This document shows positions 63,175 through 64,000 of a stretch of DNA of 64,000 nt, in pieces. The notes under the pieces were generated by a model. That model was not told the origin of the DNA and did not search any database. It was given only the letters and a program-made list of their open reading frames with translations. Location of the stretch: positions 16,809,903-16,873,902 of the forward strand of contig CM082577.2 in NCBI GenBank assembly GCA_040954595.2, read 5' to 3'. Source of the stretch: Balanoglossus misakiensis (lineage: Eukaryota > Animalia > Hemichordata). Positions within the stretch are counted from its first letter, which is position 1, and each line of letters begins with the position of its first letter. The position numbers were made by a program, and so were the translations under genes.

Positions 63175-64000
63175 TTAAAACAGGAATAGGCGACTGGTGT
63201 TGTTGGCGGCGGCCTCCAGCAACTCTTCTGCCGCAACCCCTCGCACCTGGGCTGCTTCCCGAGCCACCTCACCCAGAAAAACAGGGGAGTTGAATCGCTG
63301 ACTCCCCCGCAGGGCTAGATGTGGGGCGTCCGTCTCCAACAGGATTCGGTCCTCGTGAACTTCCCTCAGCGCTTGGGCTTGGGCTTGTCGAAGCAGGCCA
63401 CGCTGGCAGAAAAGCTGAAATAGCAGTTCTGGAATGCCTGGGTCCATCTATTTAGGGTGCGTCTGTCCCCCCCCCCCCCCTGAAGGTGTGCAGCTGGATT
63501 GGTTGGGTTGAAGGGCAGGTTTCAGACACCAACATCAGGGCCAGGGCATGTACGTCACTGGCGTGTGGATCTCTCCTCGCGCCTCTGATGTGAAGCACGA
63601 TTAGTTTGTCTTCGGGTGCCACTTCCAACAGGCGTTGGAGGGCTTCCTCCTGCTGACCCCATTTCTGGACTGGTGCGGTCCTGTCCAGGCCTATCTCGCC
63701 CATGGCCGCTACCAGGGGGTGGGTTACTAGTCCCTTAATCCGCTGCAACAGCTCCTCTGTCATTTTCTTGGCCTTTTTGGGGTGAAGCCCAACCGCAACT
63801 TTCCACCCCGGCTCCCTTAGCAGGATCTTTGGATATTCTTCGGGGTCGCAATAAATCTCCACACCCCCCACCACTTCCACTGGCACTTCCGGCTCTCGCC
63901 CTGGCGACAATTGCAACAGTTCACGGGAAGTGGTGGCTCCTTCACTTTGGGGAGCCTTGGCTCTCATGCGGTCCGGGTGAAAATGAGCGTCTATAGCCTG
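63175..64000 (-). pseudogene. TatD-family metal-dependent nuclease, intronless, two frameshifts, just upstream of the PPT and 3' LTR
   Basis: IDAHFHPDR (DxHxH, 63995-63968), VAVGLHPK, AAMGEIGLD, LIVLHIRG, IQLHTF.G, W...FQNCYFSFS (in a third frame), DRILLETDAPHL, NTSRLF. Frameshifts are at the poly-C 63467-63480 and near 63385. Confidence 0.9.

Noticed and set aside
63175-64000. Bacterial contamination or a host TATDN gene
   Set aside because: It is contiguous with a PPT/LTR-like structure in eukaryotic repeat DNA, intronless and frameshifted. A mobile-element origin fits better, though this is not proven.

Overview
Eukaryotic (animal, probably marine invertebrate; inferred) repeat-rich DNA with spliceosomal introns. 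About 31 kb is one 84-bp tandem array encoding roughly 370 near-identical C2H2 zinc fingers on the minus strand (1-23237 and 35663-43598), with higher-order repeats and scattered stops and frameshifts. A 12.4-kb nest of DNA transposons splits the array at a TA target duplication. Inside the nest is an 8.35-kb P-superfamily transposon (perfect 32-bp TIRs, 7-bp TSD) with an unusual two-gene, tail-to-tail layout. Gene 1 is a spliced P-type DDE transposase that has a RAG1 N-terminal-like zinc domain instead of THAP and stops before the usual C-terminal domain. Gene 2 is an intact convergent gene fusing an ING-type PHD finger to what looks like that missing C-terminal domain. The last 20 kb is a mosaic of decayed elements: KDZ-like, NOF/MULE-like, a P-loop exon, Kolobok-like THAP, a Ginger integrase with Ulp1 and PHD, Helentron-type MITEs, a divergent MADS-like gene fragment, and the 3' end of an LTR element carrying a TatD nuclease. 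All family assignments are by eye from motifs; no searches were run.
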